Positions 44,049 to 58,316 of a stretch of 64,000 bases of DNA are shown here, in pieces (position 1 is the stretch's first letter; each line of letters begins with the position of its first letter). The translations under genes were made by a program, and so were the position numbers. The notes beneath the pieces are model-generated. The model was given only the letters and a program-made list of their open reading frames with translations, ran no database searches and was not told the DNA's origin. Source of the DNA: Nymphaea colorata (lineage: Eukaryota). The stretch is from assembly GCF_008831285.2 (NCBI RefSeq), contig NC_045138.2:26412001-26476000 (forward strand). The letters run 5' to 3'.

Positions 44049-47000
44049 CTACTTGCACTGTTTCTCACGGAAATCCTCCGCTGAAAGAAGACCTGTGATC
44101 AAATTTTTCAGCCGAGCTGCGCCTGGTCCTGGCTTGAGTAATGTTCTATTGCCAATGACTGAACAAGGATCACTACCGTTGTGTGTTTCTCCAGCACACC
44201 AACCACCCGGGACAAGTGCACCAGCAGAACGCCCTAGGAGTTCCTTGTCAATCTTTTCAAGCACTGGGTCGTCTCTGTGAAACTTCCTTGCAAATGGAGC
44301 ATTACTATCTGTCATCCTCTGAAAATCTTCAAGATTAAGAAAATGCGGGTGCTGTTTGGGAGGATTGTCCCAGGATATAAAATGTAGATCATGATTAACA
44401 GTGGTGTTGCGGAACTCGTTGACATTACAAATGACCGTGTGAAAATATCCTTCAGGAGAAGATATGAAATTGGCATAATACATGAGAACTGTCCTTGGGA
44501 GATTATCCCAACCCCATATGCAGAACTCCATGAATGATCTTGAAAGCATCATCCAAGCAGATCCTGAAGTATGACAGATAACATGTTATTCTCACAAATA
44601 TAGAAAGCTCCAACTCAGATTAAATGCGCAAGCAGAAGCCAAGGCATGTGAAAATTGCACTTTTGGCCGACAAATAATTATCAAAGCGATGGATCATTTC
44701 ATAGTCACTTCTACTTCCACTCCAGCATAGTACTTAGTTCTAGCAATGCAGAAAAAGAAGACTTTCTAAACAGCAACCGATGCCCACACCATGATTAAAA
44801 AAAAAAGGAGAAAAACCACACGGAATTAGTTTACTGCCTTGTTTCCTGAAACCACTAAACTATCAACAGCACTAGCATTTCGTGATGCTAGATGTGCCTG
44901 TGATCTTAATTTATCACTTGGATACTATTAACCACTAGAAAGAAAAACCTAGCCATCAGAATCAATCTCAACCCCATGCACATGCTCAGCAAGGTGATAA
45001 CGAGCTGATCAGTAAGGCTTTGTTTTAGTAGCTTCATTCACCAACCACTACGTGGACCTGATGTGCATGAAGACAGGTGTAATAATGGGTACCAAAAAAT
45101 GAAGGCCAATGCTAGGGGAGATGAAGATGAAAACATAAGGTTCATATCGTCACAGAAAAAAGCCAATTTCAACAATCAGGCCTGATCCATCTTGTCAGGA
45201 GGCCACCCCTGAAAGTTCCTTACTCTATATGACTGTATCTTAAAACTTCCTGTACTCCAGAAAAAGGAACAAATATGCACTTCTCATTCTATGCGGTGGT
45301 GTATATCCCATGGACCCATACCCCACTTTCAGAGCCTATTAAATGTCTCTGACCCATCAGTGGCAACAGTTAAATCAAATTTTGAAAATCTCTAGCCTCT
45401 TTACCTTAATTTTCTTACATACCAAAAAAATGAAGAACACGTACCTCCCATTCTATGAGTTAGTTTATACCTAAATTCCACTCTCAGTTCATACCAAGCA
45501 TTTGAGGCATACCTAAATAAAATCTTGATGCAGCATTGATACACACAAAGTAACAAAGACGCACGTCAAGTGAAACTGAAGCATTTGAGAGAACCACACT
45601 TGGGGAACAGTTGGACTCCATGGAATTCAAAAGCAAACGACTCTTAAACACTCTACTGGCAGACATAAGCATACTGTCATTTTACGAACTATCAATGATT
45701 AATTATTAGTCTCACAGTGGCAAAGAACCTGTAACAAAATGGGACGTCTACAAATTGAAGAAGACTGTGGGGCCTAAAGCAATGCCTGCTTCCATGGCCT
45801 GAGGCCTGTTTCAGCTCAGTTTGAACATAAATAAAGCACAAAAGCACACATGTGATGCACTGATTATAAAAGGATAAAGACTGAATTTTCAAGACGAGAA
45901 AAAGATGCCAAGTATCTTCACAAAATTGGGATTGTTAATGTCTACCAATCCAAGAGAAACATTAGTTTACTTCTCCTTTTCAGGTAGTTGCTTGTTACAT
46001 TTACTATGACAAGTATCTTCACAAGCTGGGATTGTTAACATCTACCAGCCCAAGAGAAAACATCAGTTTACTTTCTTCTCTGTTCAGGTAGTCACTTAGT
46101 TACATTTACTACTTTATTATTGTCGAAGGGTTATTTCTTTTAGAGGAAAGAAATGTGAAATCCAAGTGTACCAAAAGATATTTAGCTTCTCACATTTGAA
46201 TTTCTTGAGTATTATATACTCCTGCTGCAGCACAGGGCCACCACCTTACCAGTAACTACACTAGGAACAGCTTAGCCCAGCATACCAACATCATAACCGA
46301 ATAACCAAAATAGCATCTTAGAAATGTGCAGCTAATTAGCAAAATACATGTGAAGTTTGCTAGTTCAGAAGCATTGAACACTGGTAGTTGGAAACTCATC
46401 GCCATTATTTTAGTGAACACACTGACTAAAAACCAATCAAGTCAAGATTAGTACATACTACAGAGTCATAGACTGCTACTAAAGTGCAAAAAAATCAACT
46501 GAACAGGACAAATGAATTTGATTTGGAACAAGAAACCTGCTTCATCTCATTCCAACAGGAACTTCCATCAGGGGAGACAATCCCCATGATTTAGAACTTT
46601 GAGCTGCTCAGAAGCTTACCTACTTTCCCTCTTAGTGTCATTTTTCCTTTTTGGCAAAAAAAGGCTGAACTACTTTGGCTTTGATCTGGGAGGTAAATTC
46701 CAGGTAAGCCCCGACTTCCATGCCTTGGGCAATCTCAGGTTATTGAATTAAAGTTTCCATACATCAATCTTTGGTAGATGATTTCATGTAAAACAGGTTT
46801 GATGAAGTCAGTGAGTGTATTAGTAGTAAATTTATAGATATTGTGAGGAAGGATAATAATCTGAACTGAGAGGGGTGCTGTGACTCTCCTTTGGAATAAA
46901 ATAATGTAATAATTTATTCATCTCTTGCCATTTTTACTAGAACTCATTCATTATATGCAACGTATCCCATTCATATATATCCTGAAAGGATTCAAATCTG

Positions 47001-50000
47001 CAGGAAACCCAGCCACTCACAGAGAATTAAAGATCTGTCATGAACCAGTGCCCCGTATCTGATCCATCTTGAGGAAAGTTTGTATAGGTTAGCTCCATCA
47101 TCTCTGTGCATAAACTCTGAGTTCACAAATGCTCCATCTACCAGCCTGGTTGGAAATGCAATAGCACACGACCACTGCATAACTATTAGGTGTTTTTACA
47201 TCATATTGGTGTTAGAGGTCTGTGTTTTGATTGCTCAGGTCTACATAGGATTTATGGTTGTGTCACTGATTTCGCATTCAACATGAAAAATTCTATGTAA
47301 GTACTTTCCAATTAAACAGAATAAAGAGCTTTGGAGAATTTTTACAAAAAAGATACTTGTTATAACATTTATATGGGGTGATGATGGTATTTCCAACAAT
47401 GACTGGCGATTTCCAGAGTCAGCAGCCATCTTTACCACAAAAGTTAGATGCACATCCACATATTTGAAAATCTGCAGACAGATCAATCAGATCTTCTGAT
47501 TCCCTTGAAGAACATGGTCAGACACTTTATCTTTCTCCATTTCTCTTGTAATGGTAAGGCTCAAGTATCTGGATGACAAAGCATTTGGATGACAGAAGAA
47601 AGTTAGTTCAGGTTCAAACAATACTCATAATGTTAGTATCCTAATTACCAAAATGTTCTGTTGAGAATTTCATATACGAAGAGGTCGACTTAGAAATAAG
47701 CTTGGAAAAATGGTGTAACAATCAGGTCTACAACTGGCCTGAGCACCCAGTGTGGCAGATCCAAACCCACTCCATCCCCATGGTTCAAACAAGAAATAGC
47801 TACGAACCTGGATACTAGGTGGTATGAGAATAAGGTGTATATTGCCCCTACACAGGGGCTGTTATGAAGATTTTTCAACCTTTGGTTATATGAGCAGAGA
47901 GTCCCTAGAGCATTTTGTCATGACAGCCTTTTGTACTAGTGACACCACCATGGTTGGTGATGAAACTATTTGCTGAATAACCTAAGTACAAAGGCGAGCT
48001 GCTCCAACTTTCTAAGTCTCGATCCAAACATAATCTCAGATTTTCACAGATAGCTTGTCTTAATTTCTCCACGGGCAAAAAATATTTACACCAACTTATA
48101 TTTCCTCCAAAGATTGGCAGAAGGGAACTCCAATCAGATAGCTTTTAACAAAGCTCGTATAAATATCGCTGGACATGCAAACCTACCTGAAACATGAAAT
48201 TACTTCTAGGTTAAGTAGATCTAGTGTCATTTTCCAATCAGTCACAGATTATGATATTTATGTTGCTGTTCTACCCAAATCTGCTACAAGGATGACAGTT
48301 GCTCCTAAACTGGCCATCGAAGAACTAAGAGTGCCTTAACATTTTTGAGATAAGCAAACACCTAGAATAATATTAAATGCATTGCATTTCCCCCTCCAAA
48401 GAATTGCTATGATGGTAACCAACAGATACTCATAAGAACGGTATGGCAACCTACAGCTAAAACAGAAAACAACAAAAAAGGCATTGTAAGTGAGCTGATG
48501 AGAAGTCGATGCACCATCCACAGGTTCAGCCACACCAACAAGAAGTTTTCAGGGAACCAAATTGGAAGCAGGCATTTGCTTAAGGATCTTGGGTCCAATT
48601 CTCAATTGGTATCTAAATGGATGAGGAAGAATCAGGCAGAACAATCATCTGATTCACAAATGACTAACTCCCAACACCTTCCTGCTGAACTTGGAAGATC
48701 TTCAATAACAAATAATAAATAAAAGTTGGATTTAATAATGAACCATCAGAAATAGGCTACTCCCACCTAATTGTTCAGTTTGTGTCTTGGACTTTCAGAC
48801 CATCTCCAAATCAAAAATGCAAGGGAAGCAGTTTGTACTTGTAGCAGATGTGGAAGATCCGTGAACCGTGAACAATAATAAAATCAAAATAAGTAAAGCT
48901 AGCAAGAAAGTGGTTTCTAATTGGGATGTTTTGTCCATTAGTGACACTGTTTCTAAAATAGAAAATACTTAGTGGTGTCAAAAGAGGACCAGTTACGAAA
49001 GGACAGAAACAGAGCTAGTTTAGAAGATAGCCATAGTAGACATTCATTGATCCATCTCTATAAGATTCTAAGCAAAGAGCCTGTACAACCTGCAACCCTC
49101 TTCTACAAGAACACTTTTTAAATCCTAGAACAAGAAATCCACTAAAGTTAATCAGCATTATCAGAACACTTAACAAAGAAAGAAGTAAAAATTGACAACA
49201 GTGAGAAAGTATCGACAGATCAGTGAAAAAGGGCAATGAGGACAGGTAAAGAAGAAAGCAAGCACCTGTGAACAGCTTAAATGCTGTAGGAACACTTCGT
49301 CTCTCAGAAACCCAAAATACATCGCTTTTTTGGGTCATGTAGAGCCCTGGATCAATGATAATAGGTTTGGCCCTTTGAAACCTATAAACCAAAGATCCCA
49401 GGAATCAGAGAAGCACAACAGAGCAAGTGAGATAGAGAGTAATAAAGCTCCTATTTTTCAGCAAACTCGAAAAAGGGAGAAGGAAGAAGAACGTCGAAGA
49501 CTTACTCTTTCCAACCAATGTCGCTTGTATGCTCGATGAAATTCAAGCCTCTAGGAATGTCTGTCAGTGTATGTAGAAGATCTTCGCGAGAAACAGAAAA
49601 TTCGCCATCCCAATCAAGCAGCAAAAGAAGATAGTCACAGATATTTGTCAATCACCACGAATCGAATCAAAAGAACTAAAAAAAAAAAAACAAGGGAAGA
49701 AGAGAAAAAATAGCACATTACTCCCTCCTTGTTCCCAAAAATGAAGAGGGAAAGCACAAGATAGATTCAAGAAAAAAAGGGAAAAGGGACCACAAGATTA
49801 GAGAATTATGGAGAACTAAGGTGAAGAAATCCTCCCCACAAAAAAAAAAATCATAGAGAAAATAAACACACACAAAATCCCACAATCTCTAAGAAAAATG
49901 AGAATGGCAGCAAATGAAGAATTGGAAGCAAATTAAACAGGAAGCTCATAAAAGAGAATCTAAAGAAAGAAGCGCAGAGAAGAGTACCATCTTGGGTAAT

Positions 50001-50594
50001 GAGGGGGTAATCGGACGCACTGAGATTGATGAACCAATCCCAATCGCCGCTCTTCTTGAGGAGGATGGCAACGGCATGGAGGGTGTTGGCGACCATGGTG
50101 GGGCCTCTGTAGGTGACCAAATTTGCCTTCGTAACCGCGTAAACGTTCCCGATCTTGGCGTAAACCGGGTGATTCCTGACGTACTGAATGAACCCCAGCC
50201 TCTCGTCCATTGGCGCCTCCAGGTCGAGGTGGACGACGTACTCGTTAATCGGATGGTAGAGAGCTTCCAGCGTCCTCTTCAAGGCCTCTCCATCCCCGAC
50301 CGACCCCGAGATCAGGTACGCGATCCTGGGGACTCGAACGCCACCAGCGCCACTGGAACCATATGAAGAAGTAGAAGCTGGCGAAGGGCGTGAGGAGGAG
50401 GCGGAGAGCTTGGCCTCCACGAAGACGGGCTTATTGTCGGAGCTCCGCCCTCCGAAGAAGGGCAACGACGAAGCGGCGCCGGACGTCATGATGAAAAGCA
50501 GGAGGAGGGAGACGAAGGAGACGACGCCCAGCATCAGCATCCATTTCTTCTCCATGTACATCATTCTCAAATTTAACCACATAAGATTTTTCAT
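44049..50594 (-). CDS. GT14 / Core-2/I-branching family beta-glucuronosyltransferase (GlcAT14-like)
   Basis: Exons 50594-49988, 49581-49506, 49381-49266, 44563-44049 (437 aa). N-terminal TM anchor, PRIAYLISGS, WDWFINLSASDYPL, FTGSAW, SSPEGYFHTVICN, PFARKF. Confidence 0.95.
45909..46111. repeat. ~100-bp diverged tandem duplication in GT14 intron 3
   Basis: CAAGTATCTTCACAA..GGGATTGTTAA..CCAAGAGAAA..TTCAGGTAGT..GTTACATTTACT occurs twice. Confidence 0.88.
47000..48150 (-). mobile_element. Possible heavily decayed LINE remnant in GT14 intron 3
   Basis: Scattered minus-strand peptides ISWCKYFLPVEK, FEPW and LFNWKVLT follow the order of post-RT motifs in plant L1 ORF2; many stops and frameshifts. 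Confidence 0.35.
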
Positions 50595-50846
50595 CCTCTC
50601 CCCCTGTCTTCTCTCCCCCTCTCTTTTCTTTAATGGAGAGAGAGAGAAAGAGAGAGAGGATGGGTTCTCTAAGAATACAGGCTAGAAAAGATTGGTTAAA
50701 CGGCAAAGGTGATGACGACGAAGCAGAAAGAAGATTGTGGTGCAATATGGTTGGTTGGTGGGTGAAAGAAAATAGAGGGAGAGGAAAGGAGGGAGGGAGA
50801 GAGAGAGGGAAAGAGAGAGAAGGGTGCCCGCCATGACCCTGTGTTG

Positions 50847-50857
50847 CTATTTATAAG
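50847..50857 (-). promoter_or_regulatory. TATA box of the GT14 gene
   Basis: CTTATAAATAG on the minus strand, followed by a CT-rich leader, about 255 nt upstream of the ATG. Confidence 0.6.
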
Positions 50858-53019
50858 ACCTTACTATTCTTTGCTCATTGAATTTTTGGGGGTTGAGATT
50901 CCGAATCACAGGCCAGTTCCTGTTAGGGGACATTCTTGGTGTGAATTCTCATTTTCTTTTAATGAAATCCATACTTTGCTTCCTCCAAAACGAGAAGATC
51001 GCCCACTGCACTCTGTTCGGAATCGATTGATTAGAAACGATGACCCGCAGACGGTCAATTAAGATGCAGTCATGCATGTGAAAATAAATTCTAAACTACG
51101 CCCCAGTTGCTTCTCTTCTGAACTCATGGATCTTGGAACAGAAACAGAACGAATTTTTAAAACTGCATCGCTTCTTCGAGCATTCTAAAGTCCATCTGGA
51201 TCAGAAATGGAAATGAATTTTAAATTGTACAGAGCCATTTGCTTCTTATGATGGATCTCAAAGGCATACATGAGAGGAGTGGGCAACTGGGGGAGATTAA
51301 GAGACGCTTGGATCTGGTCTGGCCCGTGTTTGACATCTACATTGAATTCATACCTACCTGATTTTTCTTAATTTTAAAAGTGGGGTAATCCTTGGCTGCC
51401 ATGCAGCAGTCATGGTTCCATTCCCATTTCCATGGGCCTTGGTTTTTCAAGGAACTAGAAGCCACGTATGTATAAAATGGAGTCCACTAAGTGTTTTGAG
51501 AACTTGGCTATATATATATATATGTGTGTGTGTTTTTTACACGAACGGATTCAAATCCTACCATTTACTATATACAATTTTATCATATATTCATACATCT
51601 GAATTTGGATTTGAATGCCAATGAGGAAAAGTCAGTACACTGTGTTCGAATCCCAAACAAATCTAAGACTGCCTTGTTTTTCAGATTCATATCCAGACAA
51701 AATTTTGACATGTTAAGAACTGACTTTTTAAATATATATATATTTGTATTTAAATCTGAATTTATATTTGTCTAAAATTGAATCTGAAATTGAATCTAAT
51801 CGGATGTCATTTCTTAAATTCATATCCAATATGATCTATGATTGATTTCAATATTAAAATTTTCTATAAATGTATTTATATATATACACGATTGCCAAGA
51901 TAACTACGAAAATGTTGATGTTTTGTATATGGTATTAAAATAAATACAGCTTCTATGTTTGTACCTACTAACCTCGAACATGCACAATTTTTCTATGCAT
52001 TGAAAGATAAATAACTTACGATTCTTTACTGGAATTTCAGCAATAAGATTTGCAGGCATTTGAGATTTTAGTTTTTTTTTTTCTTTTTCCATACTGATTC
52101 TGAATTTCGATGTATTTAGATTATTCAAATCTGGAACAGTTTAACATAGTTCGAGAAGGCAATCTGAAGGCCGTTCATTCTTAAATTCATAAATAAAGTT
52201 CCATGCAGGAATTTTTTTGTAAACAGACGCGTTCTACAAGTGGCCCATATTTATTCACCGTTTGGCCAACATTAGAAAAATAGTACACCTTCCTCAGCTT
52301 TTTAAAAATTTTAAATTTTACTTGTAAATTTTAAAATTTTTAATTTAATATATATACAAATTTTGAAAAATTATATTTGGGTCACTGTTAAAGTTTTGAA
52401 ACTAAAATTCAACCCTAGTAACCAAAAAAATCTTGGCTTCATCCCTGCTCCAAGCATAACATTCGTAAAACTCTAATGGTCGGCTTGATTCTCGTTGATG
52501 CTATTCTTCAAAACTACAAATCGTGAATAAACTACACTTTAATTGACAAGTATGTTGCGCTCATATCAATTCTCAAAATAATTCTGAACCCAAAAGCAGG
52601 AGAAAAGAACGAAGTAATTCGGTTATTTTTTTCAATTTTTTAACAAAAGTTGGATTTTTTTATAAATAAAATAAAGCTAACGAAAGCCTTAGAAATGTGA
52701 TTCAGGGATAAAAGGTAAATATTGAAGAAAAATTAGAATAATATTTTTTGTTTTCCAAATAAATGAAAAATCCAATTCAAACCCTTATTTAACGGTTTTT
52801 ATATTACAAAAATGAAACACCTGTAACAAAAGTGGATTTTTAATTAGTTGTACGCCAAACGTTGGCTATTAGTTAAATTATGTCCTCGTCTACTAAAGCA
52901 AAACCGGCCCCGTATAGGCTTTTTTAAATTAATTTCATGTCATGTTGTTTTTTTTGTTAATGCACTCATCAATATGAGCTGCATGGCCCGACAAGCTCTA
53001 TTTGCCTCGTATCAGTACA

Positions 53020-53175
53020 TGAGGCGAGCTGAATTAAAGTTTCAAAATTTTGAATAGGACCGAAATATCATTTTCTAAAATTTTTATACATAAGAAATGA
53101 ATTTTTTTAAAATATACATGTAAATTTTAAAAAAAATTGAGATGGGGTCAGGACCCATGCCTTCGCCCCTACGTA
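53020..53175. mobile_element. Degenerate MITE copy, inverted relative to 58125-58316
   Basis: Shares GTTTCAAAATTT..GAAATATCATTT..AAAAAAATTGAG..GGG..CCATG..GCCCCTAC with the reverse complement of 58125-58316; ends eroded. Confidence 0.6.
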
Positions 53176-54128
53176 GCTGATTTTTTTTTTATCAAAACTA
53201 CATCAAGCCCTATATCACAGCCATACCATTAACTGATATGGGCCTACTGATATTTTAAGCGAACATGAGGAAACCCACTACTCGAGTGAAAAGCCGAAAC
53301 TTTTTTCCCTGTCTTTAGAGTATAAAGTTGTTTTAAAACCTGGATGATCATATAATGCATCTTTCAACTCAAATATCAAGCATACAATCATTTGCAATTC
53401 AAAGGACTAACACCTACAAAAAACCGACTAAAGATGCATCAATAAGATGTCGTTCAGGTCCACCAACTATACTATGCCCCACCAATATTAACACCGTTTG
53501 GTGGTGGACAAATCAATATCTTGTGAATCAAATTCCCATATGTTTTTTTTTTCATGTGGATTTTTAAATTATATGTCCTCATTTTAAAAAAATGCATATG
53601 GAACAAACATGCATATTGATGTCAAAAATAATGGTGGCGTCTGTTTGCCATTTTAATTAAGTTGACCTTATATAGTGCACTAACTGGGCAGGCCGAGCCC
53701 CGGTCAGGCTGATATTATGGTATCGGGTCCGTGTTCAGCCCGGTTATTAATAAAAAATTATTTTTTAAATCATAAAATATTTTTTTATATAAATTGTATT
53801 TTATTATATTATTAAATTTATTTTTAAAAAAATATTTTTTTATATTATCTTGTGCAGGCTTGGATGGGATTTTTCAACCCAAACTAGGCCCCCGCCGGCA
53901 GCCCTGCCCGACACCCACCCGTAGTTGCCACCTTCCCTATGTGTTTTGCTCCTGAAGTTTACCGTGATATTGTTGGAATGAACTACCTTGCCGCTCAATA
54001 AACTACACTCCTTTCAGCTAAATGAATTTAATATTTCATTGAATTTATAGGAGTGGCAAGAATCGGTAGATCACGTTTTCCTTTCCCCACTTTTTATAAT
54101 ATCTCACCTCAGGATCCTCCTCCTGCGT

Positions 54129-54152
54129 ATATATATATATATATATATATAT
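54129..54152. repeat. (TA)n microsatellite
   Basis: Read directly. Confidence 0.95.
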
Positions 54153-54834
54153 AAGTATATAGACAAATATTATTGTCAAATAAAAGGGAGGAACCCTATG
54201 TTTTTTCGATCATAAAATTTTGATACCACAAGCTTTCTGTCAGCAACAACTTGTAAAATCTGATCATTTAAAAGTGAAAAAATTAATGTTCATTGGTAGG
54301 ATAGCTGATTCAAATGAGTCAACTAACTTCTATTGTTTTGGATCACAACATTCTGATGAACAACTCTCAAGAAATTAAACAAGAAAGCAAATCACGAATA
54401 GAAAAAGAACTTTATGGTATTCAGGGGAGGAGGCACATGCCCTTGATATTTCAAAAATTTTAAATTTTAAAAAAATTACTATTTTCTTATGTCAAAAGTT
54501 GAATATTTGCTTACTCTTAAAAACTGAGCAATTATTTATTATTTTCTTAAACGTCGTGCCGGTTTTGATTTTTTTTTTTTTTTTTTGCAACTATCAAATC
54601 CTTGTAAGCCGACAAATTCATTTCGCATTTCCTCAAACTAACGTAGTGTTTGATTATATTTAATGCACCTGATTTAGAACCATAAATTTTGAAATTTATA
54701 AATTAAATATCAAACCATCTTGCACAAAGTGGTGCTTGAAATGCATCTGATCTTAAAATTAATAAATTTTCAACTTCATATAGTTAAAATCAGGTTCAGC
54801 TACTTTTAGTGTTAAGTCATTCTACCGTCACAGT

Positions 54835-55300
54835 TGGTGTTTTGTGCATTTCATCTGTAGTGGTGAAATAAAATAACAAATATATTTTTTTTTGCCTTTT
54901 TTCATATACCACCGTAAAATTTATCAACTTAAACATCTTTAGTCCCAAATATACACTTAAAAATAAGATTAAATTTTAGTATTTTTAATTTCTATTCTAC
55001 TATCAGGTGGTGTTTGTGCATTTTCCTTTGCAACGATGGAATGACATAACAAATAATCTATTTTGCCCTTTTTTATATACCATCGTAAAATTTTTATGAA
55101 TTTAAGAACACTTAAAAATATAATTAAATCAACATGTGGTGTTTTAAGTGTTTCACATGTGGTGTTTTACGTGTTTCACCTGTGACGATAGAACGACATA
55201 CTAAATAATATGTCTTATCTTTTTTCATATACCATCGTAAAATTTATGAATTTAAGATCTTTAGCTCCCAAATAAACACTTAAAAATAGGATTCAATTTT
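54835..55300. repeat. Three diverged tandem copies of a ~150-170-bp AT-rich unit
   Basis: TGGTGTTT..ATATACCA(C/T)CGTAAAATTT..CACTTAAAAATA recurs from about 54835, 55006 and 55157. Confidence 0.85.
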
Positions 55301-56775
55301 TTTATTTTTTATTTTTGTAACTGACAAATCCATTTTTTTGTTTAGATTCTAATAAAATCTAATACTGATAACGCTGTAAAATCACATCACATGGATTTGT
55401 CATTATTAACCAAACACACAATAATAGGGCAAAATTAAAGCAACGGAACCAAGCCTCCGATCCCAACGGCGATCAATGAATGAAACATTTATTTGGCTGC
55501 CTACAAATTCATGTAACCAAATTAAAGCAGCTCGGCCGTAATCTTAGCTTTCTTTGGGTAGGCGAGTCACGTGATTTTATGTTTTACATGGAAAAAGTCA
55601 CGTGACCTTTTCCAGGATCGGAAAAAGAAACTGCAAAATTAAATTGTTCCACTAGTTGGCCTCATTGATGGAAGAGACAGCACCAGCTGGAACATAATTA
55701 TTTATTTTACATAATTTATAAAAAAATGTCTTTTATTTGTTTTTCAATTGCTTGGTTTTTGTTTTTTTTTGTTCAAAGTTGTAAAAAATCGAAAAAAGAT
55801 GAAGTTTTAGGTTGGGTATATATGGGCCATATCATCTGGTATATTCGCCATCACTAAAACCCTTTTTTTGTTTTTAAAAAATTATTTTTTAATAAATTTG
55901 TTAAATCGTAAAAAATCAAGCTGTAAAATTGGATACAGAATTTATTGGGTTCATATCCATTGATAAATTAAAGAGGTCACATAGATAATAGTTTCAATTT
56001 TCAACGATTGCCAGGATATGTAGCAGACTCAGCAAAGCTACTTGTGAGCTGGTGTGGGCCATTGCCCACACCGACCAACATCAGTCCTTGAAAATGTAGT
56101 GCCCCATAAGCACCAAGCTCACTAAGGTAAGTGTCCTTTTCATAACATTTTCTGGCTCCGCAGCTGAGCAAACCTAGGTATGGTTTCTGATACCTCGCTC
56201 ATCACATAAAGTGTGGCAGATCTATACCGGTTTTTGCAGGGCTTGTATTAAGAGGTTTGCCTCGGAATATACGTACTCATATTTTTCCATCAAAAATAGG
56301 TATATCATGTCATTTCAAGGTGCTATGTTTTTATTTATTATTTATTGTGCCTACCATATGCCATTTAATGCGAGTGTCCCGCTTGTTATTATTTGCAGCC
56401 CAAATGAATAACACATCTCACAGTGACAATGGAGTTCCTGTTATCAGTCGGGTTTAAGTGACTGAAGTGCCTATTTAAAGAAAAATATATATATGATTGC
56501 TGCATTAAGGAAGTTACATTTTCAAAGAGGTATGGAGAACAATTCTTCGTTCAAAATATACATTTTCTTCACCATAAACATCAACCTCATCTTTATGGGT
56601 AAATGTTGGGTGGCTATCCCTCTCTCTGTTGGATGAAACTTGTTATTGAAAAACTGTTCTGAATCAAAGTGGGTAAATGTCCACTTTTTTAACAATGTCA
56701 GGGTGAGTGCGACAGACCTGCTACCCAGAGAGAGTCAAAATTCCTACCTAACCTCTCATCCCCATAGGGAATAGG

Positions 56776-57141
56776 TTATGTCACACGGACCCTTCAGAAA
56801 AGGGGGCCGAACCCCTGTCGACATGACGATGGTGCTGGAGCTGCTTCGATACGCACCCCAACCACATCATTTCTTAGGCAAGTTCAAAATATTTTTCATT
56901 TTTATTCTTCTCTCTGTCTATTTCTTTCTTTATGTATAGTAATAAAAGTAAAAAGAAAGGCAGATTAAGGTAAGAACATGCTAAAATTATATATATTATG
57001 AACACATATATTTATATATATGAAATAAATATATCACATATATACACCCTCGCCGCACCCTCGCACCTGAATGTTTTGGGATATGTCACACCGGCACCCG
57101 CAACCGCACTTGCACCCGTACCATGCGCTCATGTGACATAG
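56776..57141. mobile_element. Probable hAT-type MITE
   Basis: TIR TTATGTCACACG/CATGTGACATAG (10/12); flanks GGAATAGG/AGCATAGG (6/8); GCACC subterminal repeats around an AT-rich core. Confidence 0.65.
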
Positions 57142-58124
57142 AGCATAGGGCTTGCATTTGGTGTCTCGGAGTGTCACCTCTGCTACGTTTACTAAGTTGA
57201 GACTAATTGAGGTTAATCGGACATTCTCTAATCGGATTTTCAGTTGGAAGTGGACCTTATTATCTAAGGTAAACCTATGAGTGACTTGCTTAAAATCCAA
57301 CCTTTACATTTGGATTTCTAATCGAATCTTTGGGTCCACAAATTCCCAATCAAAATGCAAAACCATATACCAAGTTTGAGTCTGATTGTTAATTCAATCC
57401 TGTTTTGCCTACCAAACAGGACTAAATGGATTTGAACATGGAATGTCAATGGAATAGATTCGCTCTTCCTATCCTACGATATTCCTTCTAGAATGAGTTT
57501 GGCTTCAAGAAATTCAATCCTACTCCGATTCATGGTCCAAAGTCATTTAAGTTGAACAGATCCATATAAGAGTCTAATCAATCAGATTGGACCTTCTAAA
57601 CTGATTCACATCAATAATGAGGCTTCCCATAGAACTATGACCAAAATCCTTGGATTTGCAGATCTGACTTCAGATCCAATGAGAGATAGAATAAGTTATA
57701 CTTCTTAACTTTTTGTTGGATTATGGTGAATGTATGGTAGCATCCCTTGATTGCTAAGAAAGGAACATCCATCCTTATATATGCCTACCTTCATTATCAA
57801 GGAAAGCAAATTCACTGTCTTCCTTGTTCAACACAAGTAACCAAACAGAAAAAACAAAGCACATGGCGGATTCCAAAGACGATACATGTTCTACATTTCT
57901 TCATCTTTTGGGTTACTGCCAACCTTTCTTGTCACAGGAAGTTCGAACCTTGTTCAACAGCAGCTGAAGCACTTGTATCAGAGAATCTGCCAAATCATAT
58001 ATTCAAAGGAATCTGAGATCCCTCACTGTTTGTTCCTGTGATCAACGGTCACCACTATAAGAATTGTTATGTATTTCTCAGCGGCACCCACTGCTTGTCT
58101 TGAGAAAGTTTCTACCAAACTGAG

Positions 58125-58316
58125 CGGGGGCGAAACCAGGGTAGGGCCCACAAGGGCCATGGCCCTACCTCAAAAAAAAAAAAAATTATATGTAAGTTTT
58201 TTAAAAAATTCACTTGTTATATACAAAAATGTTGAGAAATGATATTTCAGCCCATGTCGAAATTTAGAAACTTTACTTCGCCCTCCCTCCCTCATGAAAA
58301 ATTTCTAGCTCCCCTG
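58125..58316. mobile_element. hAT-type MITE, 192 bp
   Basis: Perfect 8-bp TSD AAACTGAG (58117-58124, 58317-58324); imperfect termini CGGGGGCGAAACCAG / CTAGCTCCCCTG. Confidence 0.85.

Noticed and set aside
46698..46712. CTTACCTGGA on the minus strand, like the U1 snRNA 5' end
   Set aside because: Similarity stops after about 10 nt; no U1 body.
53683..53925. GC-rich ends around an AT-rich core, MITE-like
   Set aside because: Left terminus and TSD are not identifiable.
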